In this document: piece after piece, positions 19,138 through 29,612 of the stretch
Numbering within the stretch: position 1 is the first letter of the stretch
Layout of the letters: each line of letters opens with the position of its first letter
Source: an uncultured Bacteroidales bacterium
GTDB lineage: Bacteria; Bacteroidota; Bacteroidia; Bacteroidales; UBA10428
Reading direction: 5' to 3'
Length of the DNA: 64,000 nucleotides
NCBI GenBank assembly: GCA_963800645.1
Contig: CAWDBX010000011.1
Location: forward strand, 64,831-128,830
Position numbers and translations under genes: made by a program
The notes under the pieces: generated by a model
What the model saw: only the letters and a program-made list of their open reading frames with translations
What the model was told of the DNA's origin: nothing
The model's database searches: none

Positions 19138-20314
19138 TTGCATAGTATGGACCAAACCTCAAAATACACCCGGCGCGGCGTTTCGTCAAAAAAGGAAGAT
19201 GTTCACCGGGCGATTAAGAACCTGGACCGGGGACTGTATCCGAATGCCTTTTGTAAAATACTTCCCGACATCCTGGGCGGTGATGAGGAATACTGCAATG
19301 TCATGCATGCCGATGGCGCGGGTACAAAATCATCTCTTGCCTATATGTATTGGAAAGAAACGGGAGACTATTCCGTTTGGAAGGGCATTGCGCATGATGC
19401 GCTCATCATGAATATAGATGACCTGCTGTGTGTAGGTGCTACAGACAATATCCTGATGTCATCGACCATTGGCAGGAATAAACTTAAGATATCCAGGCGA
19501 TGTATTGATGCATATTTTGAAAGGTTTTGATGAGACCATTAATGAACTTGCCCGGTGGGGAGTACATGTATATCTTACCGGCGGTGAAACAGCCGATGTG
19601 GGCGATCTTGTGCGTACCATTATCGTGGATTCCACCGTTATTTGCCGCATGAAGCGTTCTGAAGTGATCGAGACCGACATTCAGCCTGGTGATGTGATCA
19701 TCGGACTGGCCTCCTCGGGAAAGACGGTTTATGAGGCCGAATACAACAGCGGAATTGGCAGCAACGGACTTACCTCTGCGCGGCATGATGTTTTTATCAA
19801 CTATTTGGCGGATAAATATCCCGAATCATACGATGACCTGATACCGAAATCGCTCGTGTATACCGGGAAATATCAGCTCACCCAAAAGATTGCTGAACTT
19901 GGCACGGATGCCGGAAAGCTGGTATTGTCCCCGACGCGTACCTATGCTCCGCTGATAAAAAAGGTACTTGATAAATTCAGACCGGAGATCCATGGATTGA
20001 TCCACTGCTCGGGTGGCGGACAAACAAAAGTACTCCGATTCGTCCGTGATATGCACATCATTAAGGACAACCTGTTTGAATTGCCGCCTTTATTCCGTAT
20101 GATTCAGGAATCATCGGAAACCGACTGGGACGAAATGTATGAAGTGTACAACATGGGCCATCGGTTTGAAATTTATACCCGTCCCGAACTGGCCGGAGAA
20201 ATTATCAGGATGGCCGGTGAGCTGGGAATTGACGCCAGGATCGTGGGGCGGGCAGAATCTTATTCGGGACATAAGCTCACTATTCAAAGTTCATTTGGTA
20301 CCTTTACCTATTGA
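19138..20314 (+). pseudogene. purM: AIR synthase (PurM)-like protein, one frameshift near 19490
   Basis: The first fragment reads ..RGVSSKKEDVHRAIKNLD...VMHADGAGTKSSLAYMYWKETGD... The second frame continues ..PGDVLMHILKGFDE...GGETADVGD... Confidence 0.75.
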
Positions 20315-20344
20315 TTTACATTTAATATTTTAATTTACGATTGC

Positions 20345-21433
20345 ATGAGTAAAAATCTGATTCTTGATAAACTGGAAGGTGTTAAAGGACGGTTTGAAGA
20401 AGTGGGCAGGCTGCTTACAGAGCCTGATGTGATGGGTGATATGAAAAGATACATCCAGCTTAATAAAGAATACAAGGAATTAAGTCCGGTTGTTGCCGCC
20501 TATATCGAATATAAAAACACGCTGAACAATATTGATTCAACCAAGGATATGCTTGCGGTAGAGAAGGATGAGGAAATGCGGGAAATGGCCAAGACCGAAT
20601 TGGATGAGTTAACCAACAAGGTAGGGGATATGGAGGATCGATTGAAAATATTGTTGTTGCCCGCTGATCCCCAGGACGGTAAAAATGCCATTCTCGAAAT
20701 CAGGGCCGGCTCAGGAGGTGATGAGGCCAGTATATTTGCCGGTGACCTGTTCCGGTTGTATTCCAAATTCAGTGAGCAGAAGGGCTGGAAAGTTGAGATC
20801 ACCAATTTCACGGAAGGCACAGCCGGCGGTTATAAGGAAATTATTGTCAATGTGAAAGGGGAGGGAGTATATGGCATTTTAAAATATGAATCGGGTGTCC
20901 ATCGCGTCCAACGTGTTCCGCAAACCGAAACACAGGGCAGGATACACACATCTGCCGCCTCTGTGGTGGTTCTTCCCGAAGCGGAAGAATTCGATGTGGA
21001 AGTGAAGCAGGAGGATATCCGCATCGACCGGTTTTGCTCATCCGGACCCGGTGGACAGTCGGTTAACACCACCTACTCCGCTGTTCGGCTAACCCACGTT
21101 CCCACCGGTGTAGTGGTTTCCTGTCAGGACCAAAAATCGCAGCTCAAGAACCTGGAGAAGGCGATGTCGGAACTCCGCACACGGCTGTACAGCATTGAGT
21201 ACCAGAAATACCTCGACGGCATTGCCAGTCAGCGAAAAACCATGGTCTCCACAGGCGACCGCTCGGCAAAGATCCGGACTTACAATTATCCGCAGGGCCG
21301 TGTTACCGATCACCGCATCAATTTAACCATGTATAACCTTCCAGGCATACTCGACGGGAATATTCATGATCTGATCAGCCAGCTCCAGATGGCTGAAAAT
21401 GCTGAACGGCTCAAAGCGAGTGCCATCGTCTGA
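20345..21433 (+). CDS. prfA: peptide chain release factor 1
   Basis: GGQ motif (..[12 protein letters not shown]..) and an RF1-type tripeptide region (..[17 protein letters not shown]..). The reading frame is intact. Confidence 0.95.
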   Translation: MSKNLILDKLEGVKGRFEEVGRLLTEPDVMGDMKRYIQLNKEYKELSPVVAAYIEYKNTLNNIDSTKDMLAVEKDEEMREMAKTELDELTNKVGDMEDRLKILLLPADPQDGKNAILEIRAGSGGDEASIFAGDLFRLYSKFSEQKGWKVEITNFTEGTAGGYKEIIVNVKGEGVYGILKYESGVHRVQRVPQTETQGRIHTSAASVVVLPEAEEFDVEVKQEDIRIDRFCSSGPGGQSVNTTYSAVRLTHVPTGVVVSCQDQKSQLKNLEKAMSELRTRLYSIEYQKYLDGIASQRKTMVSTGDRSAKIRTYNYPQGRVTDHRINLTMYNLPGILDGNIHDLISQLQMAENAERLKASAIV

Positions 21434-21435
21434 AA

Positions 21436-22281
21436 TTGTATAGCATGAATTCAGCACAATTATTTCACCAGATCAGGCAGAAACAGAGTTTTCTGTGTAT
21501 CGGGCTCGACACGGAGATGAATAAGCTGCCCGGCCATTTGAAGGACGTCGAACTGCCCCTGTTCGAATTCAACCGGCAGATTATTGACGCAACCCATGAT
21601 CTGGCCATCGCCTTTAAACCCAATGTGGCATTTTATGAATGTCTGGGACCCTCAGGCTGGCAACAACTGGAGCTTACCATTAACCATATCCGGAACAATT
21701 ACCCCGGGATCCTGATCATTGCAGATGCCAAGCGAGGGGATATCGGAAACACGTCAAAAAAATATGCCGAAACCTTTTTCCATTACCTCCGCTGTGATGC
21801 CATTACGGTTGCTCCCTATATGGGATCGGATTCTGTACTTCCTTTCCTGGAGTATGCCGACAAATGGGTCATTCTGCTGGCCCTGACGTCAAACCAGGGA
21901 GCCGATGATTTTCAGTTTCTGGGCACCGGAAATCATGAAAGACTTTTCGAAACGGTTTTGCGGAAATCTTTGCATTGGGGTAATGCCGGTAATATGATGT
22001 ATGTGGTTGGAGCTACGCGGGCTTCCATGCTGGTAAAAGTCCGTGAAATTGTACCGGATCACTTTCTGCTGATCCCCGGAGTGGGTGCCCAGGGAGGTGA
22101 TCTTGCAGAGGTTGCCGAATACGGACTCAACGGGCAATGCGGGCTTATTGTTAATTCATCACGGGCCATCATTTATGCCGACAGTACAAAGCGGTTTGCT
22201 GAGGCAGCAAGGGAGAAGGCCCGGGAAATACAGGGCCATATGAAGGAAATTTTAAAGAATAAAGGGTTGACAGAGCGTTAG
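21436..22281 (+). CDS. pyrF: orotidine-5'-phosphate decarboxylase (long type)
   Basis: Contains ..FLCIGLDT.. and ..[12 protein letters not shown].. motifs. Confidence 0.9.
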   Translation: MYSMNSAQLFHQIRQKQSFLCIGLDTEMNKLPGHLKDVELPLFEFNRQIIDATHDLAIAFKPNVAFYECLGPSGWQQLELTINHIRNNYPGILIIADAKRGDIGNTSKKYAETFFHYLRCDAITVAPYMGSDSVLPFLEYADKWVILLALTSNQGADDFQFLGTGNHERLFETVLRKSLHWGNAGNMMYVVGATRASMLVKVREIVPDHFLLIPGVGAQGGDLAEVAEYGLNGQCGLIVNSSRAIIYADSTKRFAEAAREKAREIQGHMKEILKNKGLTER

Positions 22282-22407
22282 AGGTAATGCAGATTTCAAG
22301 GGACCGGCACTTGAGGATCCCGGGATACTGCCATTGTTTTTTTTCAAAAGTCTTTCCGGATTGCCAATTATTTTGTACTTTCCCTTTGTATTGAAAAGTT
22401 AGGCCAA

Positions 22408-23685
22408 ATGACAGAAGACTTTCTCCATTTTATTTGGAAATATGGATTGTTTGACCGGACGGGAATGATCTCTGATACCGGTGAAGAGGTTCAAGTAATT
22501 GCACTGGGTGAGCACAACAACGACGCGGGTCCGGATTTCCTGAATGCCCGGATCAGGATAGGTACTACGACCTGGGCAGGAAACGTGGAAATTCACCTGC
22601 GTTCCTCTGATTGGACCGAACACAAACACCACCTGGATAAGGCTTATGATAATGTCATTCTCCATGTGGTACACAATCATAATTTATCTGTTGCCAGGTC
22701 TACCGGAGAAGTCATTCCTACCATCGAGCTGCAATTTAATCAGGAACTTTATGAAAACTACCGTCTGTTGCTGCGTCAGAAAGGGTGGTTACCCTGCCGC
22801 GAAAAGATCAGACAGATTGACCGGTTTTTGTTTGAACTGTGGCTGAGTTCTCTTGTAGTTGAAAGATTACAGCAAAAGGCGCAATATATTGGCGGACTGC
22901 TTGACCAATACAAAAACAACTGGGAGGAAGTTTTTTATATTATGCTGGCACGCAGTTTTGGTTTTGGACTGAATGCCACCCCTTTTGAAATGACGGCAAA
23001 ATCAATTTCCCTGCTAAATCTTGCGCGGTGCCGCAACAATCTGTTACAGGTTGAGGCCATTCTGATGGGCCAGGCCGGTTTTCTGGATGAAGCAAGGCTT
23101 TTTTCCGATTATTATTCAGGATTGAGAAACGTATATCTCCACCAGCAAAAAAAACTCGGGTTGAAACCCATCGAAAAACACCTGTGGAAATATTTGCGTC
23201 TCCGGCCGGTCAATTTTCCCACCGTCAGGATCGCCCAGTTCGCTGCATTGATAAGCGAAGCAGAAGGATTGTTTTCCAGGGTCATTGCCTGCAGGGAGAT
23301 TACCGAATTGAGCAGGATTTTTGAGGTCCGGGCTTCCTCCTTCTGGGATTCACACTATACCTTCGAAACAAAATCTCCTGTAAAAGCAAAGAAACTCGGT
23401 TCGGAAGCTTTTCAGGTTATTGTTATCAATGCGGTTGTCCCGTTTCTTTTTGTATATGGTCAACGCACCGGGCATCCATTACTTAAGGAAAGAGCACTTG
23501 AATGGCTGAACCAGCTTCCTCCCGAAAAAAACCGGCTGGTTACCCGGTGGGAGGCCGCAGGCATTAAAGCTGTCTCGGCTTTTTACAGTCAGGGGATTCT
23601 GCAGATGTCAACCAAATATTGTGGTCACAAGAGGTGCCTGGCCTGCTCGGTAGGTACGAGTATTATTACAAAGAAATTTAATTAG
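22408..23685 (+). CDS. DUF2851-like conserved Bacteroidota protein, function unknown
   Basis: 425 aa. The N-terminus MTEDFLHFIWKYGLFD.. and ..GPDFLNARI...NVEIHLRSSDWTEHKHH.. are as I recall for DUF2851. The C-terminus has CxxxxC. Confidence 0.65.
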   Translation: MTEDFLHFIWKYGLFDRTGMISDTGEEVQVIALGEHNNDAGPDFLNARIRIGTTTWAGNVEIHLRSSDWTEHKHHLDKAYDNVILHVVHNHNLSVARSTGEVIPTIELQFNQELYENYRLLLRQKGWLPCREKIRQIDRFLFELWLSSLVVERLQQKAQYIGGLLDQYKNNWEEVFYIMLARSFGFGLNATPFEMTAKSISLLNLARCRNNLLQVEAILMGQAGFLDEARLFSDYYSGLRNVYLHQQKKLGLKPIEKHLWKYLRLRPVNFPTVRIAQFAALISEAEGLFSRVIACREITELSRIFEVRASSFWDSHYTFETKSPVKAKKLGSEAFQVIVINAVVPFLFVYGQRTGHPLLKERALEWLNQLPPEKNRLVTRWEAAGIKAVSAFYSQGILQMSTKYCGHKRCLACSVGTSIITKKFN

Positions 23686-23724
23686 AAATCGGACATTTTA
23701 TTTTGAAAGTTGAAAGTTTGTATT

Positions 23725-23732
23725 TATATTTG
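23725..23732 (+). promoter_or_regulatory. -7 box TATATTTG upstream of the SPFH operon
   Basis: Exact TAnnTTTG, 34 nt before the ATG at 23766. Confidence 0.45.
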
Positions 23733-23760
23733 ATATCAAAATAATATCATTAAAATATCA
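23733..23760 (+). repeat. three ATATCA direct repeats at exact 11-bp spacing (candidate operator)
   Basis: ATATCA occurs at 23733-38, 23744-49 and 23755-60, between the -7 box and the start codon. Confidence 0.35.
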
Positions 23761-23765
23761 AATCC

Positions 23766-24620
23766 ATGAAAACAGAAAAAACTTTAGTGCCCTTTAACGG
23801 CTATGTAATGGTTTTCCTCGAGGTACTTTTTTTAGGGGCAGCTGTGCTTGCCGGGATAAACGAAATCATATGGCTGACTGTACTCCTGTTACTAGTCGTT
23901 GGGTTTATACCTCCGGGTTTATTCATTGTGAACCCCAATTCATCCAAAGTGCTCCTGCTTTTTGGGGCATATCGCGGCAGTGTGAAGGAAAACGGATTTT
24001 TCTGGGTAATACCTTTTTATAAAAGGACAGAGGTTTCACTGAGGGCCAGGAATTTTGAAAGCGACAAGATCAAGGTAAATGATAAAATCGGGAATCCGGT
24101 CCTGATCAGCGTGATCCTGGTCTGGAGGGTCAATGATACTTTTAAAGCGTCGTTTGAGGTAGACAACTACGAAAATTTCGTGAAAGTCCAGACCGATTCC
24201 GCAGTCCGTAAGCTTGCCGGAACCTATCCCTACGATCATTTTGAGGATGAGCGCGCCGACATTACCCTTAGTTCAAACTTTGAGCAGGTGAACAATAATC
24301 TTGAGAAGGAAATTTCAGAGCGGCTTGAAATGGCTGGACTTCATGTCATAGAGGCACGTATAGCTTATCTGGCTTATGCCCCTGAAATTGCACAGGCCAT
24401 GTTACGCCGCCAGCAGGCTACTGCCACAGTGGCAGCACGGTTTAAAATTGTCGAAGGCGCGGTAGGCATGGTTGAAAACGCACTGCAGATGCTTTCAAAG
24501 AAAGGTATCATCAGTCTCGATGAGGAGCGCAAGGCCGCCATGGTCAGTAATTTGCTGGTGGTGCTTTGCGGTGACAGTCATGTCGAACCGGTTATCAATA
24601 CAGGAACATTACACCAATAG
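23766..24620 (+). CDS. SPFH/Band 7 domain membrane protein
   Basis: 284 aa with N-terminal TM helices and an SPFH core (..[15 protein letters not shown].., ..[24 protein letters not shown]..). Confidence 0.85.
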   Translation: MKTEKTLVPFNGYVMVFLEVLFLGAAVLAGINEIIWLTVLLLLVVGFIPPGLFIVNPNSSKVLLLFGAYRGSVKENGFFWVIPFYKRTEVSLRARNFESDKIKVNDKIGNPVLISVILVWRVNDTFKASFEVDNYENFVKVQTDSAVRKLAGTYPYDHFEDERADITLSSNFEQVNNNLEKEISERLEMAGLHVIEARIAYLAYAPEIAQAMLRRQQATATVAARFKIVEGAVGMVENALQMLSKKGIISLDEERKAAMVSNLLVVLCGDSHVEPVINTGTLHQ

Positions 24621-24623
24621 AAG

Positions 24624-24788
24624 ATGGCAGACAAGAAACCATTTGTTCTGAGGATCGATGCGGAAACCATGAAGAAGATTGAGAAGTGGGCAGCTGATGA
24701 ATTCAGAAGCGTGAACGGACAAATTGAATGGATGCTGAACAAATGCCTGAAAGAAGCAGGCCGGATGAAAACCAAAGAAGGGGAGTAG
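24624..24788 (+). CDS. Arc/ribbon-helix-helix-like small DNA-binding protein (54 aa)
   Basis: Below the ORF-track cutoff. The ATG lies 3 nt after the SPFH stop. The product MADKKPFVLRIDAETMKKIEKWAADEFRSVNGQIEWMLNKCLKEAGRMKTKEGE fits an RHH pattern (beta-strand FVLRI, then two helices). Confidence 0.6.
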   Translation: MADKKPFVLRIDAETMKKIEKWAADEFRSVNGQIEWMLNKCLKEAGRMKTKEGE

Positions 24789-24837
24789 GGCCGGGAAATT
24801 TTTGTATAGAAAGTATTGAATTATGAAAAAAAATAAA

Positions 24838-24845
24838 TACTTTTG
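24838..24845 (+). promoter_or_regulatory. -7 box TACTTTTG upstream of rpsO
   Basis: Exact TAnnTTTG, 39 nt before the ATG at 24884. Confidence 0.45.
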
Positions 24846-24883
24846 CAACTCAAAATTTGAGGAAGTGTAATTAATTAGAAGTT

Positions 24884-25153
24884 ATGTATTTATCAACTGA
24901 AAAGAAAAAGGAGATTTTTAAATCATTCGGTAATTCAGAAACCAATACCGGCGCTGCTGAGAGTCAGGTTGCCCTGTTTACATTCAGGATTAACCATCTT
25001 ACTGAACATCTCAAGATCAGCAAAAAAGATTTTTCAACCCAGCGCGCACTTCTCAGGTTAGTTGGCAAGCGCAGAAGGCTTCTCGATTATCTCCGCACCC
25101 GCGATATCGAAAGATACCGTTCGATTCTGAAAGAACTGAATCTACGTAAATAA
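24884..25153 (+). CDS. rpsO: 30S ribosomal protein S15
   Basis: 89 aa. The sequence ..GNSETNTGAAESQVALFTFRINHLTEHLK...LLRLVGKRRRLLDYL.. is typical S15. Confidence 0.95.
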   Translation: MYLSTEKKKEIFKSFGNSETNTGAAESQVALFTFRINHLTEHLKISKKDFSTQRALLRLVGKRRRLLDYLRTRDIERYRSILKELNLRK

Positions 25154-25163
25154 CAAGAAAAAG

Positions 25164-25190
25164 GGCAATTCTTAAATTGCCTTTTTCTTT
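25164..25190 (+). terminator. rho-independent terminator/attenuator GGCAATT-CTTA-AATTGCC + T-tract
   Basis: 7-bp stem followed by TTTTTCTTTT, between rpsO and pnp. Confidence 0.7.
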
Positions 25191-25237
25191 TACTATATGG
25201 CCGATATGGCCATCCATTTATTTTAATTTATTTTAAT

Positions 25238-27478
25238 ATGTTTAAGACATTTCAAAAAACCATTACCCTTGATGACGGAAGAACCATTACCATTGAAACC
25301 GGTAAGCTGGCAAAACAGGCAGACGGATCTGTGGTAGTCAGGATGGGCAACACGATGTTGCTTGCCTCTGTGGTATCTGCCAAAGAAGGTGCACCCGATA
25401 GTGATTATATGCCCCTTCAAGTCGAGTACAAGGAGAAATTTGCTGCCATTGGTCGATTCCCGGGCGGATTCTTAAAAAGAGAATCCAGGCCAAGCGACTA
25501 TGAAATACTCATTTCACGGCTGATTGACCGTGCACTCCGCCCGCTTTTCCCCGAGGATTATCATGCCGATACTTTCGTAAATGTTATGCTGATATCCGCG
25601 GACAAGGACACCATGCCCGATGCTTTGGCCGGACTGGCTGCTTCGTCGGCATTAATGGTGTCAGACATACCCTTCAAAGGACCGATTTCTGAGGTTCGTG
25701 TAGCACGGATCGATGGCAGGTTTGTCATTAATCCCCCGTTCACCGATCTCGGCAAGTCCGATTTGGACATGATGGTGGCTGCCACTGCTGAAAATATTGT
25801 GATGGTAGAGGGTGAAATGAGCGAGGTATCGGAGGAAATTGTACTTGAGGCTTTAAAGGTTGCGCATGAGGCCATTAAAGTACAGTGCAAAGCCCAGCTT
25901 GAACTGATGGAAGATGCCGGAAAAAGCCAGAAGCGTGTTTATTCCCATGAAGTTCATGATGAAGAGCTCCGGAAAAAAGTCTGGGAAGCAGGCTATGATC
26001 AATATTACCGGATTGCCAAAACCATTCCTGGAAAACATGAACGTCATGATGCCCTGGAAAAAGTAAGAACCGATTTCATGGCTTCTTTCCCCGAAGGTGC
26101 TGAAGTAAATGAAACCCTGGTGAACCGGTATTTCCATGATGTTGAAAAGGAAGCCGTACGCAATCTTATTCTTCAGGAAGGGCTTCGCGTAGACGGACGT
26201 AAGACTACCGAAATCCGGCCCATCTGGTGTGATGTAGATTACCTTCCTGCAGCGCATGGCTCTGCTGTTTTCACCCGCGGCGAAACGCAGTCGCTTACCT
26301 CGGTAACCTTAGGGACCAAGCTTGATGAAAAGGAAATTGACGAAGTATTGATACAGGGTACTGAAAAATTTGTATTGCATTATAATTTTCCTCCTTTCTC
26401 TACCGGAGAAGCCAGACCATCGCGTGGTATCAGCCGTCGCGAGGTTGGACATGGCAATTTGGCACACCGTGCATTGAAACGCATGATTCCTGCTGATAAT
26501 ATCTACGCCATACGGGTAGTATCGGATATTCTCGAATCAAACGGTTCTTCTTCCATGGCCACTGTATGTGCAGGTACCATGGCCCTTATGGATGCAGGTG
26601 TAAAAATTCGCAAACCTGTTTCCGGCATTGCTATGGGTTTGATCACCGATACCAAAACGGGAAAGTTTGCCATTCTTTCGGATATTCTGGGGGATGAGGA
26701 TCATTTGGGTGATATGGACTTTAAAGTGGCAGGTACCCGCGACGGCATCACCGCCACCCAGATGGACATCAAAGTGGAAGGCCTTACTTTCGAGGTGCTG
26801 AAAAAAGCCCTTGCTCAGGCACATGAGGGAAGAATGCACATTCTCGGTAAACTGGTGGAAGCCATACCTGAACCCAGGGCTGACTATAAGCCACAGGTTC
26901 CGCGCATGGTACAAATTACCATCCCCAAAGAACTTATTGGAGCAGTTATAGGTCCTGGCGGCAGGGTTATTCAGGATATTCAGGCAAAAACAGGTGCCGT
27001 GGTCAACATTGAAGAAATCGACGGAAGAGGCGAGATCAACGTATCCTCTGCTGACAAAGCTTCCATTGAGGCAGCCCTGGCCAGGATCAACGCTATTGTT
27101 GAGCAACCTGAAGCCGGTAAAATATATAAAGGTGTCGTGAAGGGAATTCAAACTTTTGGCGCTTTTGTGGAAATTTTGCCTGGTAAGCAGGGATTGCTGC
27201 ATATTTCGGAACTCGACTGGCAGCGGGTGGAAAATGTGGAAGATGTCCTTAAAGAAGGAGATGAGGTTGAAGTGAAATTGCTTGATGTGGATGCCAAGAG
27301 CGGAAAACTGAGCCTTTCCAGAAAGGTATTATTACCCGTTCCCGATGGATTTGTCCCACCTGCTCCCAGACCGAGGGAACCAAGAGGAGACTCCAGGGGA
27401 GACTCGCGGGGAAGAAGGGACTCGCGTGACGGACGCGACAGGCGTGATCATAGAGGTCCCCGGGAACACAGGGACTAG
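25238..27478 (+). CDS. pnp: polyribonucleotide nucleotidyltransferase (PNPase) with Arg-rich C-terminal tail
   Basis: 746 aa with two RNase PH domains, KH (..[16 protein letters not shown]..) and S1 (..[18 protein letters not shown]..). A roughly 47-aa R/D/G/P tail follows. Confidence 0.95.
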   Translation: MFKTFQKTITLDDGRTITIETGKLAKQADGSVVVRMGNTMLLASVVSAKEGAPDSDYMPLQVEYKEKFAAIGRFPGGFLKRESRPSDYEILISRLIDRALRPLFPEDYHADTFVNVMLISADKDTMPDALAGLAASSALMVSDIPFKGPISEVRVARIDGRFVINPPFTDLGKSDLDMMVAATAENIVMVEGEMSEVSEEIVLEALKVAHEAIKVQCKAQLELMEDAGKSQKRVYSHEVHDEELRKKVWEAGYDQYYRIAKTIPGKHERHDALEKVRTDFMASFPEGAEVNETLVNRYFHDVEKEAVRNLILQEGLRVDGRKTTEIRPIWCDVDYLPAAHGSAVFTRGETQSLTSVTLGTKLDEKEIDEVLIQGTEKFVLHYNFPPFSTGEARPSRGISRREVGHGNLAHRALKRMIPADNIYAIRVVSDILESNGSSSMATVCAGTMALMDAGVKIRKPVSGIAMGLITDTKTGKFAILSDILGDEDHLGDMDFKVAGTRDGITATQMDIKVEGLTFEVLKKALAQAHEGRMHILGKLVEAIPEPRADYKPQVPRMVQITIPKELIGAVIGPGGRVIQDIQAKTGAVVNIEEIDGRGEINVSSADKASIEAALARINAIVEQPEAGKIYKGVVKGIQTFGAFVEILPGKQGLLHISELDWQRVENVEDVLKEGDEVEVKLLDVDAKSGKLSLSRKVLLPVPDGFVPPAPRPREPRGDSRGDSRGRRDSRDGRDRRDHRGPREHRD

Positions 27479-27575
27479 AAATACTTCTTTTAGAATGCAT
27501 GAACAGCAATATGCCCGGTATTTATCGGTAGGATCGGCTGTTGATGCTTTTTTTATTTATAATCAGAATTAACCG

Positions 27576-27600
27576 TTCATTGTAACAATGAATTGTTTTT
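27576..27600 (+). terminator. hairpin TTCATTGT-A-ACAATGAA + TTGTTTTT
   Basis: AT-rich 8-bp inverted repeat followed by a T-tract, about 100 nt after the pnp stop. Confidence 0.45.
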
Positions 27601-27749
27601 GGCCCGGTTTTTGATAACGAAGGAGGCATTAAACGATCGTTTTATATTTATATTGTTTTTGACTTTAACTGTTTGATTAATTTCATTAAATTTGATTAAA
27701 AATGATAAAGTTTGATGGCAATTAGTTTTTATTAAACCATAACATTTTG

Positions 27750-27757
27750 TAAGTTTG
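27750..27757 (+). promoter_or_regulatory. -7 box TAAGTTTG upstream of the lipoprotein gene
   Basis: Exact TAnnTTTG, 62 nt before the ATG at 27819. Confidence 0.4.
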
Positions 27758-27818
27758 TAAACATCATATTCTTACATAGCTTATATTTCAGAATTGTAAA
27801 ACAAATAACCTTTGAATC

Positions 27819-29545
27819 ATGAAGAAAATTAAACTGAACTACCTAACCATTATTGTTCTTGCCGCTTTTATGATAAGCGGTTGTGCCGGTCTTACCAAAA
27901 TGAGAGATAATTCCAGCACGGTTCAATACCAGGTTAAACCTAATCCACTCGAAACACACGCCGGTGAAGTAAAAGTATCTGGTGATGTGAAATTCCCCGA
28001 GAAGTATTTTAACAAGAAAGCTGTTGTTGTTGCTACTCCTGTTTTAAAATACGAAGGTGGACAGGTTGAATACCCGGCTACTACCCTGCAGGGTGAAAAA
28101 GTGGAAGCCAATAATAAAGTAATCGCTTATACCGGCGGTAGCTATTCCTATTCCGGCACGATTCCCTACAAGCCCGAACTGATGAAGTCGGAGCTTTTTA
28201 TCAATTATTCGGCACGTATAAAAGAAGGTGATCCGGTTGAATTCGGTTCCGTGAAAATTGCTGACGGTGTTGTGGCAACTCCTACTCTTGTGAAGGTAGA
28301 TCCTAAGACCGTTATGATGAATGATAACTTCAAACGTATTATTCCTGAAAGTTACACGGCCGATATACATTATGTGATTAATAAAGCCGACGTCAGGAAG
28401 ACAGAATTGAAAGCCGAAGACGTAGTTGCTTTTGAACAGAAAATTGTCGATGCCAAAGCAACTCCCAATAAACAAATCAAGGGCGCAAAAATTTCTGCCT
28501 ATGCTTCTCCCGACGGTGCTGTTGAACTGAATGAAAAACTCTCGGCAAACCGTGAGACTTCCGCAGAAAAATACTTCAAGAAAGCTTTGAAAGACAAGAA
28601 GATCACAGAAGCTGAAGCGCAGGGCTTTTTAAGCATGATGACCACTCCTGAGGACTGGGAAGGTTTTAAAGCATTGATGGAAAAATCAACCATCCAGGAT
28701 AAAGAATTGATCCTGAGGGTATTGTCAATGTATTCCGATCCTGTTGTCAGGGAAAAAGAAATCAAGAATATTTCGTCAGCTTATAAAGAAATTGCCGATG
28801 AAGTATTACCGCAACTCCGTCGTTCAGTGATGAGCGTTGATGTTGACGTTGTTGGCAAATCCGATGAGGAATTGCTGAAACTCGGCCTCAGCGATCCGAA
28901 ATCCCTGAATCTGGAAGAAGTGCTTTATGCTGCTACCCTTACCAATAATCTGGATGAAAAAGCTGCTATTTATAAAGCTGCTACTGAAAATTTCCCGCAG
29001 TGCATCAGGGCAAAAAATAACCTGGGCCATGTTTATGTGCAACAGGGTAAGCTAGCAGATGCCAAAGACTTCTTTTGAAGCTGCTAAAGCTATTGACAAT
29101 AATGCTGTTGTTAAAGCCAACCTCGGTGCTGTTGCCCTTGCTCAGGGTGATCTGAAAACTGCTGAAGAACTGCTGACCAGCGCCATGAGTGCCGGCGATG
29201 CTCCCAGCTATAACCTGGGTATCATTAAGATTAAACAGGGTGACTATGCTGCCGCTGTCAACTACTTTGGCAACAAACCTTCCTTTAATGCTGCATTGGC
29301 TCAGATGCTGAATGGCAGCAATGATAAAGCCATCGCTACTCTGAATGCCATGGGTGATGTAAAAGACGCATGGGTATATTACCTGAAAGCTGTAGCAAGT
29401 GCCAGAGGCGGTATTAGCTGACGGTGTGGTTACCAACCTGCGTCAGGCCATCAGTCTTGATGCTAATGTTAAGGCTTATGCCGCAAAAGATGCTGAATTC
29501 CTGAAATTTGCTGCTAACGACGCTTTCAAAGCGCTTCTGCAGTAA
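27819..29545 (+). pseudogene. lipoprotein with C-terminal TPR region, function unknown; two frameshifts (about 29060 and 29420)
   Basis: Lipobox ..FMISGCAG... The C-terminal TPR-like text continues across three frames (..GKLADAKDFF / AKTSFEAAKAI...SARGGIS / DGVVTNLRQAISLD...KALLQ*). Confidence 0.6.
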
Positions 29546-29562
29546 CTGAATCATATTCTATA

Positions 29563-29592
29563 AAAAGCCCCGCCATTGGCGGGGCTTTTTTT
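29563..29592. terminator. bidirectional rho-independent terminator AAAAAGCCCCGCC-ATT-GGCGGGGCTTTTTTTT
   Basis: GC-rich stem flanked by an A-tract and a T-tract, between convergent genes. The core is identical to the 19076 hairpin. Confidence 0.8.
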
Positions 29593-29612
29593 TGTCCTTA
29601 CATGAAGCCTTT

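Noticed and set aside
20345-21433. Release-factor gene checked for the classical programmed +1 frameshift.
   Set aside because: That feature belongs to prfB (RF2). This gene is RF1-type (..VPQTE.., GGQ) and is a single uninterrupted frame.
25191-25237. ATGGCC-GAT-ATGGCC and TTATTTTAAT x2 repeats in the rpsO-pnp spacer as a PNPase autoregulatory (RNase III-type) hairpin.
   Set aside because: The possible stems are only about 4 bp, and the long processed hairpin known from enterobacteria is not evident. I kept only the upstream terminator/attenuator.
26537-27202. 221-aa ORF antisense to pnp. Similar long antisense ORFs occur at 40255-40854 (in gcvP), 50843-51457 (in the NCS2 permease), 34060-34533, 11341-11820, 13685-14185 and 29005-29436.
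   Set aside because: Each lies fully inside a well-supported gene on the other strand, has a low-complexity or odd composition, and shows no recognisable motif. These are typical shadow ORFs.
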